NCBI RefSeq assembly: GCF_030684315.1
Contig: NC_081367.1
Coordinates: 31,540,792 to 31,604,791, forward strand
Length of the DNA stretch: 64,000 nucleotides
Direction: 5' to 3'
Origin: Stegostoma tigrinum
Lineage: Eukaryota
Of this stretch, positions 12,105-26,270 are shown piece by piece; the first letter of the stretch is position 1, and every line of letters begins with the position of its first letter. Both the position numbers and the translations under genes were made by a program. The notes under the pieces were generated by a model. That model did no database searches. It saw only the letters and a program-made list of their open reading frames with translations, and was not told the origin of the DNA.

Positions 12105-13487
12105 GTGACCCGCTTCTGAACTGCCTCCAATATAACTTCATCCCTCAAGCAAGGGGACCAAAACTGTATGCAATATTCCAGGTGCTGTCTCAGTTATGCT
12201 TTGTACATTTTCAGTAACCATTCCCTAACTTTACACTCTATTCCTGTAGCAATAATTGTTAAAATTCCATTTGCCTTCCTTACTTATATCCCAAATTATA
12301 TTTTGATCAACCTCAACAAATCTACCATATTAGTTGCAGGTTAATTTTGAATGATTAAATAGTTAATAACAAATTGGACTTACAGTAACGAAAATTGGAA
12401 ACAGTAAAATAATTATACCAACTCCCAAATACAACCAATTAAGGCAAAAACAAATGCATGGCTGGCTGTGGCTCAATTGGTAATACTGTCACCGAGCCAC
12501 ACTGAAGGAGTGCTGCAGTCTATTGGTTAAGATGGAGGGGCCCACGTGCCCTCAAATAGGTGCAAAATAATTAATGGTATTATTTCAGTGAGCAGGGGTC
12601 AAACTACAATTGGTGAACAATAAAAAAAACCAACGTCATTATATAGCTGGTATTCCTTAATTCTCACAGTCAAAATCTTGCATTGTGCTCAAAGATGCAA
12701 TTCTATCACCTTGAGTATGAGCAGAAATGATAATCAAATGTTGACCTTTTCAGTGATACCCACTTCCTGGGAATTACATTTAAATAAACTATGAAGAAGA
12801 TTTTTCAGTCAAAAATAATTTAGTCTGCATTCATTCATGTGTACTCTACCCAAAGGGAAGTCTTATTTGGGTTGGCATTAGGACTTATAGCACAGAAGAA
12901 GACCATTCAGGTCATCTTCTCTATGCCTGCCAATGAAGATCTGACTGCACTAATATATAGGATTCCAACGCTTGGCCAATAGCCCTGGACGCTATGGAAA
13001 GCCAAGTGAATATCTAAATACTGATTAAACGTTACATGACTTACTGACTCAACTACCCTGTCTAACAGTGAGTTCCAGATTCCCACCACTTTCTGGGTTT
13101 AAAAAAAATTCACCTCAACTGTCCTCTTAACCTTCTTTAATTTACTTTAAATCTATCCAGATTGTTATTGGCCCCCCTAGTAAAGGAAGAAGTTCCTTCG
13201 AATTAGCCCCATGCTCTTCAATCTTAAATATTTCCATCAGATTCCCACTCAACCTTCTTTGTTCCAAGGAAATAAACACCAGCGTATCCAATCTTTCCTT
13301 AAAGCTCAGATTCTCCAGCTCAGGCATTATCCTGGTAAATCTCCTCTGCAACACATCCTTCTTATAACTGCAACAAATGGAACCACACAGCAGGCAGTTA
13401 ATCATGTCAGCTGTCACACATGCTTTAATATACATAACAGAGAAAGCCAGGGATGACTTATAAAAATAAAACAAGTATAAATCTATT

Positions 13488-13696
13488 GAGATAACACAGT
13501 GAGCTGGAGGAACACAGCAGGCCAGGCAGCGTCAGAGGAGCAGGAAAGCTGACGTTTTGTTTCGGGACCCTTTTCTGAAGAAGGGTCCTGACCTGAAACG
13601 TCAGCTTTCCTGCTTCTCTGATGCTGCCTGGCCTGCTGTGTTCCTCCAGCTCACTGTGTTATCTCAGACTCCAGCATCAACAGTTCTTACTGTCTC
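13488..13696. mobile_element. Short fold-back PLE insertion
   Basis: Palindrome centred near 13575; degenerate TSD tataaatctattg / tataaaaatattg. Confidence 0.8.
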
Positions 13697-13714
13697 AATA
13701 TAAAAATATTGATG

Positions 13715-15815
13715 TTTTGAAAACAGTTCACAGAAGAGGAAATGCTGGAGTTCTTAGAAAATATAAAAGTGGATAAATCTCTGGGACCTGATCTAGTGTA
13801 TCCCAGAATGTTGTGGGAAGTTAGGGAGAAAATTGCAGTGTCCCTTGCAGAAATACTTGTATCATAACTACAAGTGAGATACCGCATGACTGGAAAGTGG
13901 CTATTGTTGTGTCTTTGTTTAAGAAAAGATGTCAGGATAAGCCTGGGAACCGTAGACCTATACATCTGACTTCGCTGGTGGGTAAGTTGTTGGAGGTGAT
14001 TCTGAGAGATAGGATTTATATGCATTTGCACAGGCAGGGTATGATAGTCAGCATGGTTTTGTGTGAGGGAAGTTCTGTCTCACAAACTTGATTGAGTTTT
14101 GTTGAGAAAGTAACCAAGGAGATTGATGAGGGCAGAATAGTAGACATTGCTTACTTGGACTTTAGTAAAGCCTTTGACAAGGTTCCGCATGATAGACCAA
14201 TTAAAGTTAGATCACACGGGATTCAGGGTGAGCCTGCCAATTAGATACAAAATTGGATTAACGGCAGGAGACAGAATGATGTTAGAGAGTTGTTTTTTGG
14301 ACTGGAGAACTGATACCTGCAGTGTTCCACAGGGATCGATGCTGGGTCCACTTTTGCTAGTTATTTACATAAATGATTGAGATGACAACATATTGTGGCT
14401 GACACCACAATTGGTGGTATAGTGGACAGTGAAGAACGTTATGCATGATTACAAAGAGATCTTGATTAATTGCCTGAGGAGTGGCAGATGGAGTGTAATT
14501 TAGATAAATGCAAGGTATTATAATTTGGTAAAATAAACAAGGGCAGGACTTATACAATTAATGGTCAGGGCTTGGCTAGTTTTGTAGAATGAAGAGACCT
14601 GGGAGTTGAGGTACATAATTCTTTGAAGTTTGCATCACATGTAGACAGGCTGGTTATGAAGGAATGTAGCACGCTTGCATTCATTGCTCAGACCACTGAG
14701 TATAGGAGTTGGTGCATCATGTTAAGGTTGTGCAAGACATTGGTGAAGCCTGTTCTGGAGTATTGTGTCCAGGTCTGGTTGCCCAGTTATAGGAAGGATA
14801 ATATTAAGCTGTAAAGGGTTCAGAAAAGATTTGCCAGGATATTGCTGAGAATGAAGGGTTTGGGTTATAAGGAGAAGCTGAATAGGCTGGGTTTCTTCCC
14901 CCCCCCTCAACTGGACTGTAGGAAGTTGAAGGTTGGCCTTATAGAGATTTATAAAATCATAAGTAAGATATAAGTAAGGTGAGTGGCAGATGTCTTTTCC
15001 ATCTATTATAATTTTTAGTGGAAAGTGTCTGCTCCTGGCCCAAGCCCAGCAGAAGTTGGATTCCAACAGCCCAGCATGGCAGTACAGGTCTGACATCCAG
15101 AGGGGTGGTCTCCCACCATGATGATCTTGTCCAGGAGGGCAGTCAAGGTTTGGAATGGCATTCTTGTCCTGGCGTGGAGGTCTTCTTCAGGGGCTTCCCG
15201 GCATTCCAGCAGCCTGGCCTGAAGGTCCAAGCTTGGTGTGAAGATCTTGACCTTGCTTTGGAGGCATCTTCCATGTCTTCTAACAGCCCAGCATAGTGTG
15301 GTCAGGTGGTCTCAGTCTGTACTGCGGGGCGGTTTTGGTTCAGCTTTCCAGCTTACCACGAACCCAGGAATCATCTACTGAACTTTGATGAACCCTTACT
15401 TTATTTTTCATATTATTTACGACTTCCGTCAATAACTTAGGTGCCATGGTAAGACGGCTTACAAAGTTGTTCACTTTCTTTGGTCAAAATACTTGAAACA
15501 ATAAATTGCTAATCTTTTCTGTTTTCCTAGGGTTATGACTTTCGAGACAAGGGTCATAATTTTATGGTGAGAGGAGGAAAATTTAAAACAAAAGGGGGAA
15601 ATTTTGTGTTTTGTTTACTGTGTGGAATGAACTTCCAGAGGAAGTGGTGGATGTGGGTACAATTACAATGTTTAAAAGACATTCGATAAGTACATGAATA
15701 AGAAATGTTTGGAGGGATATGGGCCAAGTGCACACAGGTGGGACCAGTTTAGTTTGGGATTATGGTTGGCATGGACTGGTTGGACAGAAGGGTCTACTTC
15801 CATGTTGTATGACTC
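13715..15815 (+). mobile_element. CR1 LINE ORF2 3' part, interrupted at about 15015-15520 by another repeat
   Basis: KPGNxRPIxLTSLVGKLLE, VPQGSMLGPLL..YIND and LEYCVQVW motifs; 3' UTR resumes at about 15530. Confidence 0.8.
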
Positions 15816-16133
15816 TAATGATGCTATCTTCAGCAAATAATTTCTTCAGTAGGTAAGTCTACATGTACCTGGCACATTTGATTTAATTTTCAATTTTCTG
15901 GCCTCTATTACTGATCACTGAATCACAGTAGCAACTTTAAAGGCAGTCCACACACAATAACTGCTCAGCAGAAAAGTTATTACAATAAATAAGCTTCTGT
16001 TTCATGACAGCACAAAACTGACAACAAAATTTCCTGTTTTGCAAGAGTTCTTAAACATTAGAACATTCTGGATTTAAAGAAATCCAAGTATTTTATGTCT
16101 GTTATTTTGGGGGGATGGTGGCTCAAAATAGAC

Positions 16134-16607
16134 TGTTAATTCCAGATATTTTATATTGAATTCAAATTCCACCATCTGCCGTGGCAGGATTTGAACTTGG
16201 GCCCCCAGAACAGTATCTGGGTCTCTGGATTAGCAGTCCAGTGATAATACCACAAAGCCATTGCCTCCCTTCCAGAGTGAGACCCAGCCCAAGTGAGTAT
16301 ACAGTTCAGGGGCTCTGGAGACAGGGTGGGAATTAATGCAGAAGGGAGGGGGTGCTTTCTAACTTGCTTTATCGGCTCATTGTTTCCAAGGTATTTTTTC
16401 AACAGGATATAATGGAACCAGGATCAGGAGCCCCCAGCAGAAAACAATGACATCACAAGTAAGCTGCAAGTTCATTGGTTAGTGCTAGATATAAATGACA
16501 ATTACAGCTTACTTTCAGATTGAAGACAAACAGGGGAAATATTTACATGTTACTCCAAACTTTAAAAACAAAAGTAAGAAATTTTTAAACATCAAATTAA
16601 GAACTAA
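16134..16607. repeat. ~474-bp direct duplicate of 17882-18354
   Basis: Direct comparison: roughly 4% divergence by eye. Confidence 0.95.
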
Positions 16608-16718
16608 GAATTACATTTACACAATAATGAATTGTCAAAAAACAACTCTGGAAAACTTTTTTAAAATGTCATGTTATCATAAAATGCCACTGTTGGAGGG
16701 TCACAAAAATCGAGATAC

Positions 16719-17393
16719 TTTATTGTCTTGATTAAAGTGCAACTATTTCTTCATACAAAAGTTTTATTCTATGCTTACTGGTCTGTGTATAAACACAACT
16801 GGAAATTACATGTTGTGCAGGCACTGAAGGAGACATAACATCAGGCTTAAATAAGTAACTGGTCAAAATAACAGCAACATCTAGATCCAAGTTGAAAGAT
16901 TCAATCCAATCTGAAAATCCAATCGCATTAAATATTAGCTTCATCCCAATGAACTACTTTCAAGGCTCCGCAGCTATATTATTATAATAATGCAACTTAA
17001 TGGAAGACAACATAGTTAAATTGTGAATTATTTATTTGCCACTAATCATTTAAATACATAACTTGTATTTTTTTGCCAGCAAGTTAACTTCAGAAACATA
17101 ACAGCAATATTTACACAAAGGAATGTCACATTAAGATATGTTAAGGCGCAAATTCTTTTGGCTTTGTTTTGGATACAATAGTAATAGCAAAAGTTATGCA
17201 ATTTTTTTTAAACGAGAAATCATGATTAGCTACAATGTTTTACAAAAATATGGTGCAAGTTGACAATTATTTTATTCAACATTTTCAAGTTCTGAAATGG
17301 ATGTGTTAATTTATACAGTTGTAACTATTTAAATTTACATATAAAGATCAACCTTTTAAGATTGAAAATTAAAAAGCTTCACAAATGGAGGTT
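16719..17393 (-). other. PDCD10: PDCD10 3' UTR with candidate polyadenylation signals
   Basis: AT-rich sequence after the stop; minus-strand AATAAA at 17271-17276, 17031-17036, 16763-16768 and 16719-16724. The site actually used is unknown. Confidence 0.55.
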
Positions 17394-17600
<207 letters not shown>

Positions 17601-17642
17601 TCAATTTTAATCAATAAACTTTGCATTGTCAATGAGGAGAGT

Positions 17643-18016
17643 TTTTTTTATTCTTTCATGGGGATGAGGGCGTCGCTGACTGAGCAGCATTTATTGCCCA
17701 TCTCTAATTGCCCAGAGCGCAGTTCAGAGTCAACCACATTGCTGCGGGTCTGGAGTCACATGTAGGCCAGACCAGGTAAGGATGGCAGTTTCCTTCCCTA
17801 AAGGACATTAGTGAACCAGACGGGTTCTGGTTGATTGTTTTTTTCTGACAATCAACAATAGATTCATGGTTGTCATTAGATTGTTAATTCCAGATATTTT
17901 ATATTGAATTCAAATTCCACCATCTGCCATGCCATGATTTGAACTTGGGCCCCCAGAACAGAATCTGGGTCTCTGGATTAGCAGTCAGTGATAATACCAC
18001 AAGGCCATTGCCTCCC
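17643..18016 (-). mobile_element. tRNA-derived SINE (related copies at about 39297-39610 +, 57120-57292 -, 16134-16270 -, 7825-8025 -)
   Basis: A/B-box-like head (tggccttgtgg, gttcaaatc), shared body and A-rich tail; recurs within the window. Confidence 0.7.
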
Positions 18017-19022
18017 TTCCGGAGTGAGACCCAGCCCAAGTGAGTATACAGTTCAGGGGCTCTGGAGACAGGGTGGGAATTAATGCAGAAGGGAGGAAGT
18101 GCTTTCTAACTTGCTTTTTTGGCTCATTGTTTCCAAGGTATTTTTTCAACAGGTTAAAATGGAACCAGGATCAGGAGCCCCCAGCAGAAAACAATGACAT
18201 CACAAGTAAGCTGCAAGTTCATTGCTTGGTGTTAGATATAATTGACAATTACAGCTTACTTTCAGATTGAAGACAAACAGGGGAAATATTTACAGGTTAC
18301 CCCAAACTTTAAAAACAAAAGTAAGAAATTTTTAAACATCAAATTAAGAACTAATTGTTAAAACAGAGATGCCAGGACAGCTGATGTGTTGTAACTGCAT
18401 GATATGGAAACTGGTGAACCATATTGTGTTTATAGTGACCACAGCTGTAGCAAATGTTGGTTGCTTGAGGATCTCCAAATCAGAGTTGATGAGCTGGAGT
18501 CTTGGCTTCAAATACTGAGACATCAGAGAAGAGGCCAAGTCACCGAGCGTGTTTAACACAGAGATACATAGATTCTTTATCTGTAACGGGATCAAGGGTA
18601 ATGGGGAGAAGGCAGGAGAATGGGACTGAGAAACAAATCAGCCTTCACTGAATGACGTAGCAGACTCAATGTGATGAATGGCCTATACCTTACTGTCTTC
18701 GGGTTTTAAACAAAGTCTTAACTGGAACACTCTACAATTATCAGCATTAGCAAACATGGAATGTGGTGAACTATTCCCATTGGTGATTGTATTTACAAAA
18801 ACAAACCTTCTTGTGAAGTATGAAGGTCACTTATTTTAAAGGCAGTCAAGTCCTCCCCATGCTTCCCTGATAGGAAACATCATATTATTCAAATTTTTAT
18901 TCAAATACTTAAAACTATTGTGACAACTACAAACTAAATTTAACACTGCACAAAGCCTGATTTGTAAGATGACACTACGAATGCAAAAGGAATACAAATG
19001 TTTCATCTTACTGTAATACTTA

Positions 19023-19133
<111 letters not shown>

Positions 19134-19466
19134 TCATTTTTTTTAAAGGTTTACACACAAGTTAAAAATAAAACTCAGTTTAGCCATCCAAACAAGCAGT
19201 CTTTGGCTGTGAATTATTTGGATGTATTTCTTCAAAACATTGTACTTATGGATGAGACACATCCATCAAAGTCTCAATGTTGCAGATCAATCCGAGTTAC
19301 ATAATTTAAAAATGGAAGTTATCAAAGTATTTCACATTTAATTAGCATTTTATGATGACTGCAGTATAATTTTCACAAGCACAGATGTCATCAATTTCAC
19401 ATTAACAAGGACTTGAAAGAAACAGTGACAAGTGAAATAATGATAACACAGCTTTATAGCTCAATG

Positions 19467-19680
19467 ATAATAAAATGTGAGGCTGGATGAACACAGCAGG
19501 CCAAGCAGCATCTCAGGAGCACAAAAGCTGATGTTTCGGGCCTAGACCCCTTTCTGATGAAGGGTCTAGGCCCGAAACGTCAGCTTTTGTGCTCCTGAGA
19601 TGCTGCTTGGCCTGCTGTGTTCATCCAGCCTCACATTTTATTATCTTGGAATTCTCCAGCATCTGCAGTTCCCATTATCT
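19467..19680. mobile_element. Short fold-back PLE insertion (inverted terminal repeat + 3' tail) with 15-bp TSD
   Basis: Arms 19466-19549 and 19562-19645 are near-perfect reverse complements. TSD ctttatagctcaatg at 19452-19466 and 19681-19695. Confidence 0.9.
19554..19583 (+). ncRNA. Minimal hammerhead-like motif (intact core)
   Basis: ctgatgaagggtctaggcccgaaacgtcag. Confidence 0.6.
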
Positions 19681-19859
19681 CTTTATAGCTCAATGTCTCA
19701 GGAACAGTTTAAACGAAGAAGCTTAAAGCACCTTTCACCAGAATAATATACTGGAAATGTAGGCAGTCCTTGTACAACTCACATTATAAATCCATCAATT
19801 GGTATAATTGGCAATATTTATATTACAGCATCTCTGGGCATTAATTATGTCATACTTAC

Positions 19860-19938
19860 TCTACGGTTCTGGTACTGGTACTTTTTGAAAACATTGTTCA
19901 CAGTGTCAAGAAGCTCCTTTATTGCACTGGCAATATCC
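19860..19938 (-). CDS. PDCD10: PDCD10 coding exon 5: [26 protein letters not shown]
   Basis: Within ORF 19845..20060; tgcag and gtaagt splice sites; 79 nt. Confidence 0.97.
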
Positions 19939-19994
19939 CTGCAAAGAAAAAGAAAAGAAAATGCTAGAGAAATTAACAAACCTAGTAAGTGCCA

Positions 19995-20760
19995 TGCTTC
20001 ACTTGGGCAGGACTCTAAAGGCATGGGAACACATGAGAACAGGAAAACCCGGGGATGCACTGAGGGTCAGAGGGGCTTTGGTGTGCATGTCCGCCATTCC
20101 CTCAAAAATCAGGGTGGGTGGATAAAGTGGCTAAGGCAGCATTTGAGATACTTCAGAAAATAAAGTAGCAAGCTAAAGAGCAGGAAGGTTATGCTAGAAT
20201 TGTATAAAAAGTTGTTTAGCCTACAGCTAGAGTATTGTGTGCAGTTCTGGAATCCACATTATAGGATGGAGGTGATTGCAGTGGAGAGGATGCAGAAGTG
20301 ATTTACCAGAATATCACCTGGGCTGGAAAGTTTTAGTTGTGAAGGGAACTGGGTAGACTGGGGTTTGTTTCATTGCAGCAGAGGATACTGAAAGGGGGCA
20401 TGATTGAGATATACAAAGTTAGGACAGGCAATGGACAGGATAGACAGGAATAAACCTTTTCCTTTGGTGGAAGGATTAACAACCAAGAGGTGAAGATTTA
20501 AGATAAAGGGTAGGTGGTTTAAGGGAGATGCAATGAAAATTTTTTCACCCAGAGGGTGGTGGGAATCTAGAACTCACTGCTGACAAGGTTAGTCGTGGGC
20601 AGAAACCCTCACGACATTTAAGTAGTATTTAGATATATATATTTGCGATGCCCAGGCAGACAAGGCTACAGAAAAGTGGGATTAGGACAGTTTGATGGTT
20701 GTTTTTGACCAAAGCAGACACAATCGGCTAAAGTGCTTTTTCATGTGCTGCGCACCTCCG
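19995..20760 (+). mobile_element. CR1 LINE 3' fragment
   Basis: LEYCVQFW (gagtattgtgtgcagttctgg) and FFTQRVV motifs. Confidence 0.75.
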
Positions 20761-23064
20761 AGTCCAAGCTAAATTAGGTAACCAGAGTACTGTCAAGTTT
20801 CATAGTACAGACAGATACATAGCATTGATTTTATCTGCTTTGAAATTTGATACTGGACACTTTCAAACAGAGTACCAGACTCAAAGCTCCTCATAGCTTT
20901 GATTAAGACCATAAGATATTGGAACAGAAGACAGCCATTCAGCCCATCGAATCTGCTCCACCATTCAATAAGATCACGGCTGATCTGATGATCCTCAACT
21001 CCACTTTCCTGCCTTTTCCTCAATCCATCCATTCCTTTTCTGATTAAAAATCTATCAGTCTTTAAATAAACTTACTGACCCAACCCTACAACCCTCTGCA
21101 GTAAAGAATTCTACAGAATCGCTACTCTCATAAGAAATTCCTCCTTATCTATCTTAAATGGCTGAATAAATCTGAACACTTAATCCCTATCCACTTTATG
21201 TGAAGTATGCCTACAGAAATAAATGCATGTTTATGTGTCATAATCTACAGCAACCTGTTTAAAGATAAATTTGGGTTGAGACTCAATGAGAACCTTAAAA
21301 AAAAAAGTTTAAGATGCCAGCATTCACTTCCTATTGTCAAGTGTACTTGAAGTGGGTGTTGAGCTGCCTTCTTAAACTACTTGGATAGTTCTTTGGGACG
21401 GTGAACACCCACAATGTTGTTAAGAAGGGAGTTCTAGGATTTTGACCCAACAACAAGAGTACTGTTGTAATAGTTCCAAGTCAGAATAGCACAAGACGAG
21501 GAGGGGAACTTGTATGTGACGGTGTTCCCATGCACCTGCTGTATTCGCTCTGAGATGATAGAGGTTGCAGGTTTGGATGAGTTATTGCAGTGCACCTCAA
21601 CATGGTACACAATTGCCACTGTGTGTCAATGAAGGGAGTGAATGCTGAAAGCGGTGGACATGATACCTATCGGGTGGACTGCTTTGTCCTGGATGGTATA
21701 AGGTTTGAGTATTTCTGGAGCCGTACTAATCCAGGCAATTTCAGAATATTTCATCATCAGTCTGACATGTATGAAAGACGAAGCATGTCACTCGCTGCAG
21801 AATTCTCAGAATCCGACTGGAACATAAGCAGTCATGAAAAAGAAAGTTTATCAAGCTCTCTTCTACTATTCTAGTTCATCCAACCTCAAACATACAACAG
21901 CATTTTGAACAATCACTTTGACTCTTACTTTTTGATTAATATCCGAGTAGGGGTAAAGGATAGCAAACAGTAGGGAGTTAAAATTACTGACTTAGACGGG
22001 TGGTAAAGGGAAATTTTGTTCCAAAGGGATTTGTAATGAGGTCACAATTTTTCACGAAGAAAAACCCAAATTGCAAGAAAATCTCAGCAGGTCTGGCAAC
22101 ATCTGTGAAGACAAAGCAGAGTTGACATTTTAGGTCCAGTGACCCTTCTCCAGAACATGATTTTTCATCTTGTATAGAAATGATTTGGATTCAATATTTG
22201 GAAGTAACATTTCAAAATTTGTGGGTATAGCAAAGCAAAGGAAGAGTTCAACAAAATACAAGACATCAACACACTTGTGGAATGGACCTATCAAATTAAA
22301 AAGGTGTTTCCTTTAAAATATCATGAGGTGGCACGTTTAGTTAGGATATGGAAGGAAAAACCAGACACTCAGCAGAAAATTAGTCTGAAATGGATTGGAA
22401 TCAGGGACAACAGATTATTAAAAAGTACCAACTCAGATTAATAAGGTTGCTATAAATGAAAAGCCACTGTGGTTCATTCCTACAGAAATGCACTGGAAAG
22501 CAGAAGTTGTGAAATGCACATGAAACACTGAAAGAGAACTTTAGTACATGGAATATTCTGCACAATTCTGGTCTCTAAATTTGAAAAAAAACAAGTACCA
22601 GAGAAAGAGGAAAAACAGACAAAGTTAATGCCAGAACTGAGAGATTATAACCATCATTTAAAGGACTAAACAGTTTGGGGGTTTTGTCTTTCTAATGGGA
22701 ACAGTGCCTTATGGAGATCACAAAGGAGTTTGCTAAAGTAGACACAAGGTAGCATCATTCATGTTGAAGTCTAAAACTAGAATTTATAAATACAAAAGTC
22801 ATGAGTAAATCCAATCAATGAAATAAGAGGAACTTTTTTGTTAAGAGTGTTTGCACTGTGAAACTGAGTACTGCCAGTAGTTGGTATTGAGGCAAATTTC
22901 ACAGATGTCTTTAAGATGAAGCTAAGCAAGAACTTGAAGGAGAAAATCTGCAGATGAATATAGTCATTGGAGAGATAAATTAAAGAGTGTGAAAAGAAAA
23001 TATAGTATATGCAGGAAGGCTTGATTTCAATTTAGCAGATCTGTTACACATTCACAATACCTAC

Positions 23065-23191
23065 TTGATTGTCTGAAGGAATCGAACCCTATCATTGATC
23101 TCATCGGGAATTTTACTAAGAATATGCTTCAGTGCTCGTGCTTTTTCATTTAGCTCCCGGAATTCAGGTTCTTGTCTGTCAATCATGTACT
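23065..23191 (-). CDS. PDCD10: PDCD10 coding exon 4: [43 protein letters not shown]
   Basis: Within ORF 23061..23303; catag and gtaggt splice sites; 127 nt. Confidence 0.97.
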
Positions 23192-23341
23192 CTATGAATA
23201 CAAAATAATGAGAAAGAAAATTACTTCCAAGAAAAATGATCCTAATATAATTAATAGCTAAACACTTTTCCGTCACTTCAGTGAAATGAGACATCTTCAG
23301 CACAATACAAAAGTTTAAATTAGACCTTTAATTATATATGA

Positions 23342-23600
23342 GATAACAAGGTGTAGAGCTGGATGAACACAGCAGGCCAAGCAGCATCTTAGGAGCAGGA
23401 AAGCTGACGTTTTGGGCCTAGACCCTTCATCAGAAATCCTCATTTCTTTCGATCCACCTCCCCCTCTCTTCCTATTTATTTCAGAACCCCCTTCACCTCC
23501 CCCATTTCTGATGAAGGGTCTTGGCCCAAAACATCAGCTTTCCTGCTCCTAAGACACTGCCTGGCCTGCTGTGATCATCCAGCTCTGCACCTTGTTATTT
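23342..23600. mobile_element. Short fold-back PLE insertion
   Basis: ataacaaggtg...tcag is mirrored by ctgatgaaggg...caccttgttat. Confidence 0.8.
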
Positions 23601-23886
23601 TGAACTTGTACCTGTATTTTAAGGGTTAAAAACAGGACCTGTTCAAGAGTCTTTGATGCCAAAGTGATCATTATTAGGCAAGAACAGATTGTAAAGCTAT
23701 GAAGGGAAGTCAACAATTAAAATAAACTGCTCAAACAGGAAATTACACCGGAAGAAACTGCAATTGGTTATACTTTACTGCAAGAACCAAAAAACACAAT
23801 GAATACTGGAAGCTAGCTTCAGGTAAAATTAAAGGAGGAAATTATTTTCCTTGTCTATGAAGAAAACAAACTTGCAAATCACAAGA

Positions 23887-24056
23887 GATAACAAGTTGTA
23901 GAGCTGGATGAACAGAGCAGGGAGGTTAACGGAAGAAGAGTCTAGACCCGAAATGTTAGCCTTCCTGCTCCTCTGTTGCTGCTTGGCCCGCTGTGTTCAT
24001 CCAGCTCGACACCTTGTTATCTCAGGTTCTCCAGCATCTGCAGTTCCTACTATCTC
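23887..24056. mobile_element. Short fold-back PLE insertion with 14-bp TSD
   Basis: TSD tgcaaatcacaaga at 23873-23886 and 24057-24070. Confidence 0.85.
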
Positions 24057-26117
24057 TGCAAATCACAAGAAGCAAGTTCAGCTGGAAATTACCAACATTG
24101 GTTAATGGAGCTTTTAAAAAAAAGGCAATAGAATTGGTATTGCCATTGTACCCAACATTAAATAATCAGTGCCTTAATCATTTGCATGGGTATATCTGAA
24201 TCTACAAAGTTCCAATCTGCAGTTTCCACGTCTCTCAAAAGCACAAGAAACAATATACTCAGGCTCAAACTCACATCATTGCTTATCCAATCAAGTACAA
24301 AAGCTGTTAAACAATGTAGATAGCTGAATCAATGCCAAATCAGAAACTCTATTTTAATCTAATATAGATTAGAATTCCTAAATACTTCAAATAATAAACC
24401 CTTCAGATTTAAGAGCTCTAAACAGTATTATGCGTGTCAAGTATGGGATGAGATGCCACATCAGCTTTACTGCGTTACAGTATTTTTTGAAGTTTTGTAC
24501 CATGTGTGCTAAATCTAATTAAGCAAAGGTAGTGGACAAAGAGATATCTATCTACTTCATGAGCCTAAAATGAATATGAAGAAGTTTGGTGCGTCATCAG
24601 TGCATTACTTTCTTCTTACCACAATCCTGCAACTAGTCAAGACATCAACAAATTGAACTCTTTGATATTTTTACAAGGAAGAAAGAAGAACTGTCAGTGC
24701 AAATTCATCACTTGATCCAGTATAATATGGATTGCACTGCAGTTGTAACATATTACCTTTACATATGAGTAACATACTATCAGACAGTGCCATATTTAAA
24801 GTTTTACAATTTTATGGGAACAGCATTTAATTTATCAAATTCAATTCACTGCTATACTTTCAGTTATAGAAATATATTCATCATGGTACTGTTTAACAAA
24901 TCTGATGGAGCTGCAAGATGAATTTTGACTAAATTGATAGTAATTTTCAGGATATATCTGCCTACCTTCAACACTCAGTGCATTGTGGATTAACTGATTA
25001 TGTTTAACTTACAATGCAATACAACTTACAAAATTATTTTATTGCCATTTGAACATGCCACTATATTTAAAATAATTTATTCAAAATATTTAGTACAATA
25101 GCTCAACAAGGTGATATGATACGATATAGAGCAGGTAACAGGGTATTTCGCCCTCCTCAGATCAGTTGTAATGGTTGAACTCAAAATAAATTTCTAGATA
25201 CAATTTTTCAGACGAATAATGCAATAATTATTTCTATAGACCTTTAGCAAAATAAAAATTCCAAAATACTTCACAAAAAAGGAAGTGTCAAGCAACTGCT
25301 AGTATGGAAGAAAGTACAGGTCAAAGGTTGATCAAGATGCAAGTTTAAGAAATGTCTTAAAGGAACAGAACTACAGAAACAAGACTAATGGGGCAGGCAT
25401 CAGTAACTAGAAAGTGGAACATTGCAGCGATCATAAATGCTTGTAGGGCAGGAGGAGATTAAAATGAATTTTGTCAGATTGGGTAGTTGATTATCAATGT
25501 ACATGGAATTATTGAGTTTTCTATTCTGGGTTTAGGCCCATGTATAGTTTAATCTTTACAATCTAAAAATTACAGAGGTGAAAAAGGCTACTGTTAGTCC
25601 GAGTCTAAAGTCAAATTTTAATTCTGGACCTACCATTAAAATAACAAATTGAAATATTTAGTCACAGATGGAGAATTCTATTCCAAACTTGATACTTGTA
25701 GGTCACATAACATTCGCTATGGTCATGCATGGATTAGTTATTTGTAAATTAGATTATACTCAAGGAAAACTTGTTTTGGACAAGTGTTTCTTCTGCACAA
25801 AGCAAATTCTAGGTTAGAATGTTTACATCAGATAACAGTTGTTAAAAGAATGCAAGGCCATTATAACCTGCTCCATTCTAAACTGGCTCCTGGCCTAATC
25901 AGATAAAACATGACAAAATACAGACTAATACTTCACTCATTTTTTGTTTGCACTTCCTGATGCAGTTCTTCAGTTTTTGAGATTAAACAGACTAAATCTA
26001 TTGGTTCAGTGAGGAAACAAAATTTAATGTTCTAACAGATTCAAAGGATGTTGTTGTACGTTTAGTGAAAAAACAACAAATTATAAGACACTTATTGAGT
26101 AAAGGCTATTTTTGTTA

Positions 26118-26270
<153 letters not shown>

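Noticed and set aside
11580-13474. Paired ORFs of 116 and 110 aa as genes
   Set aside because: Decayed CR1 ORF2 C-terminus plus flanking DNA inside an inverted duplication.
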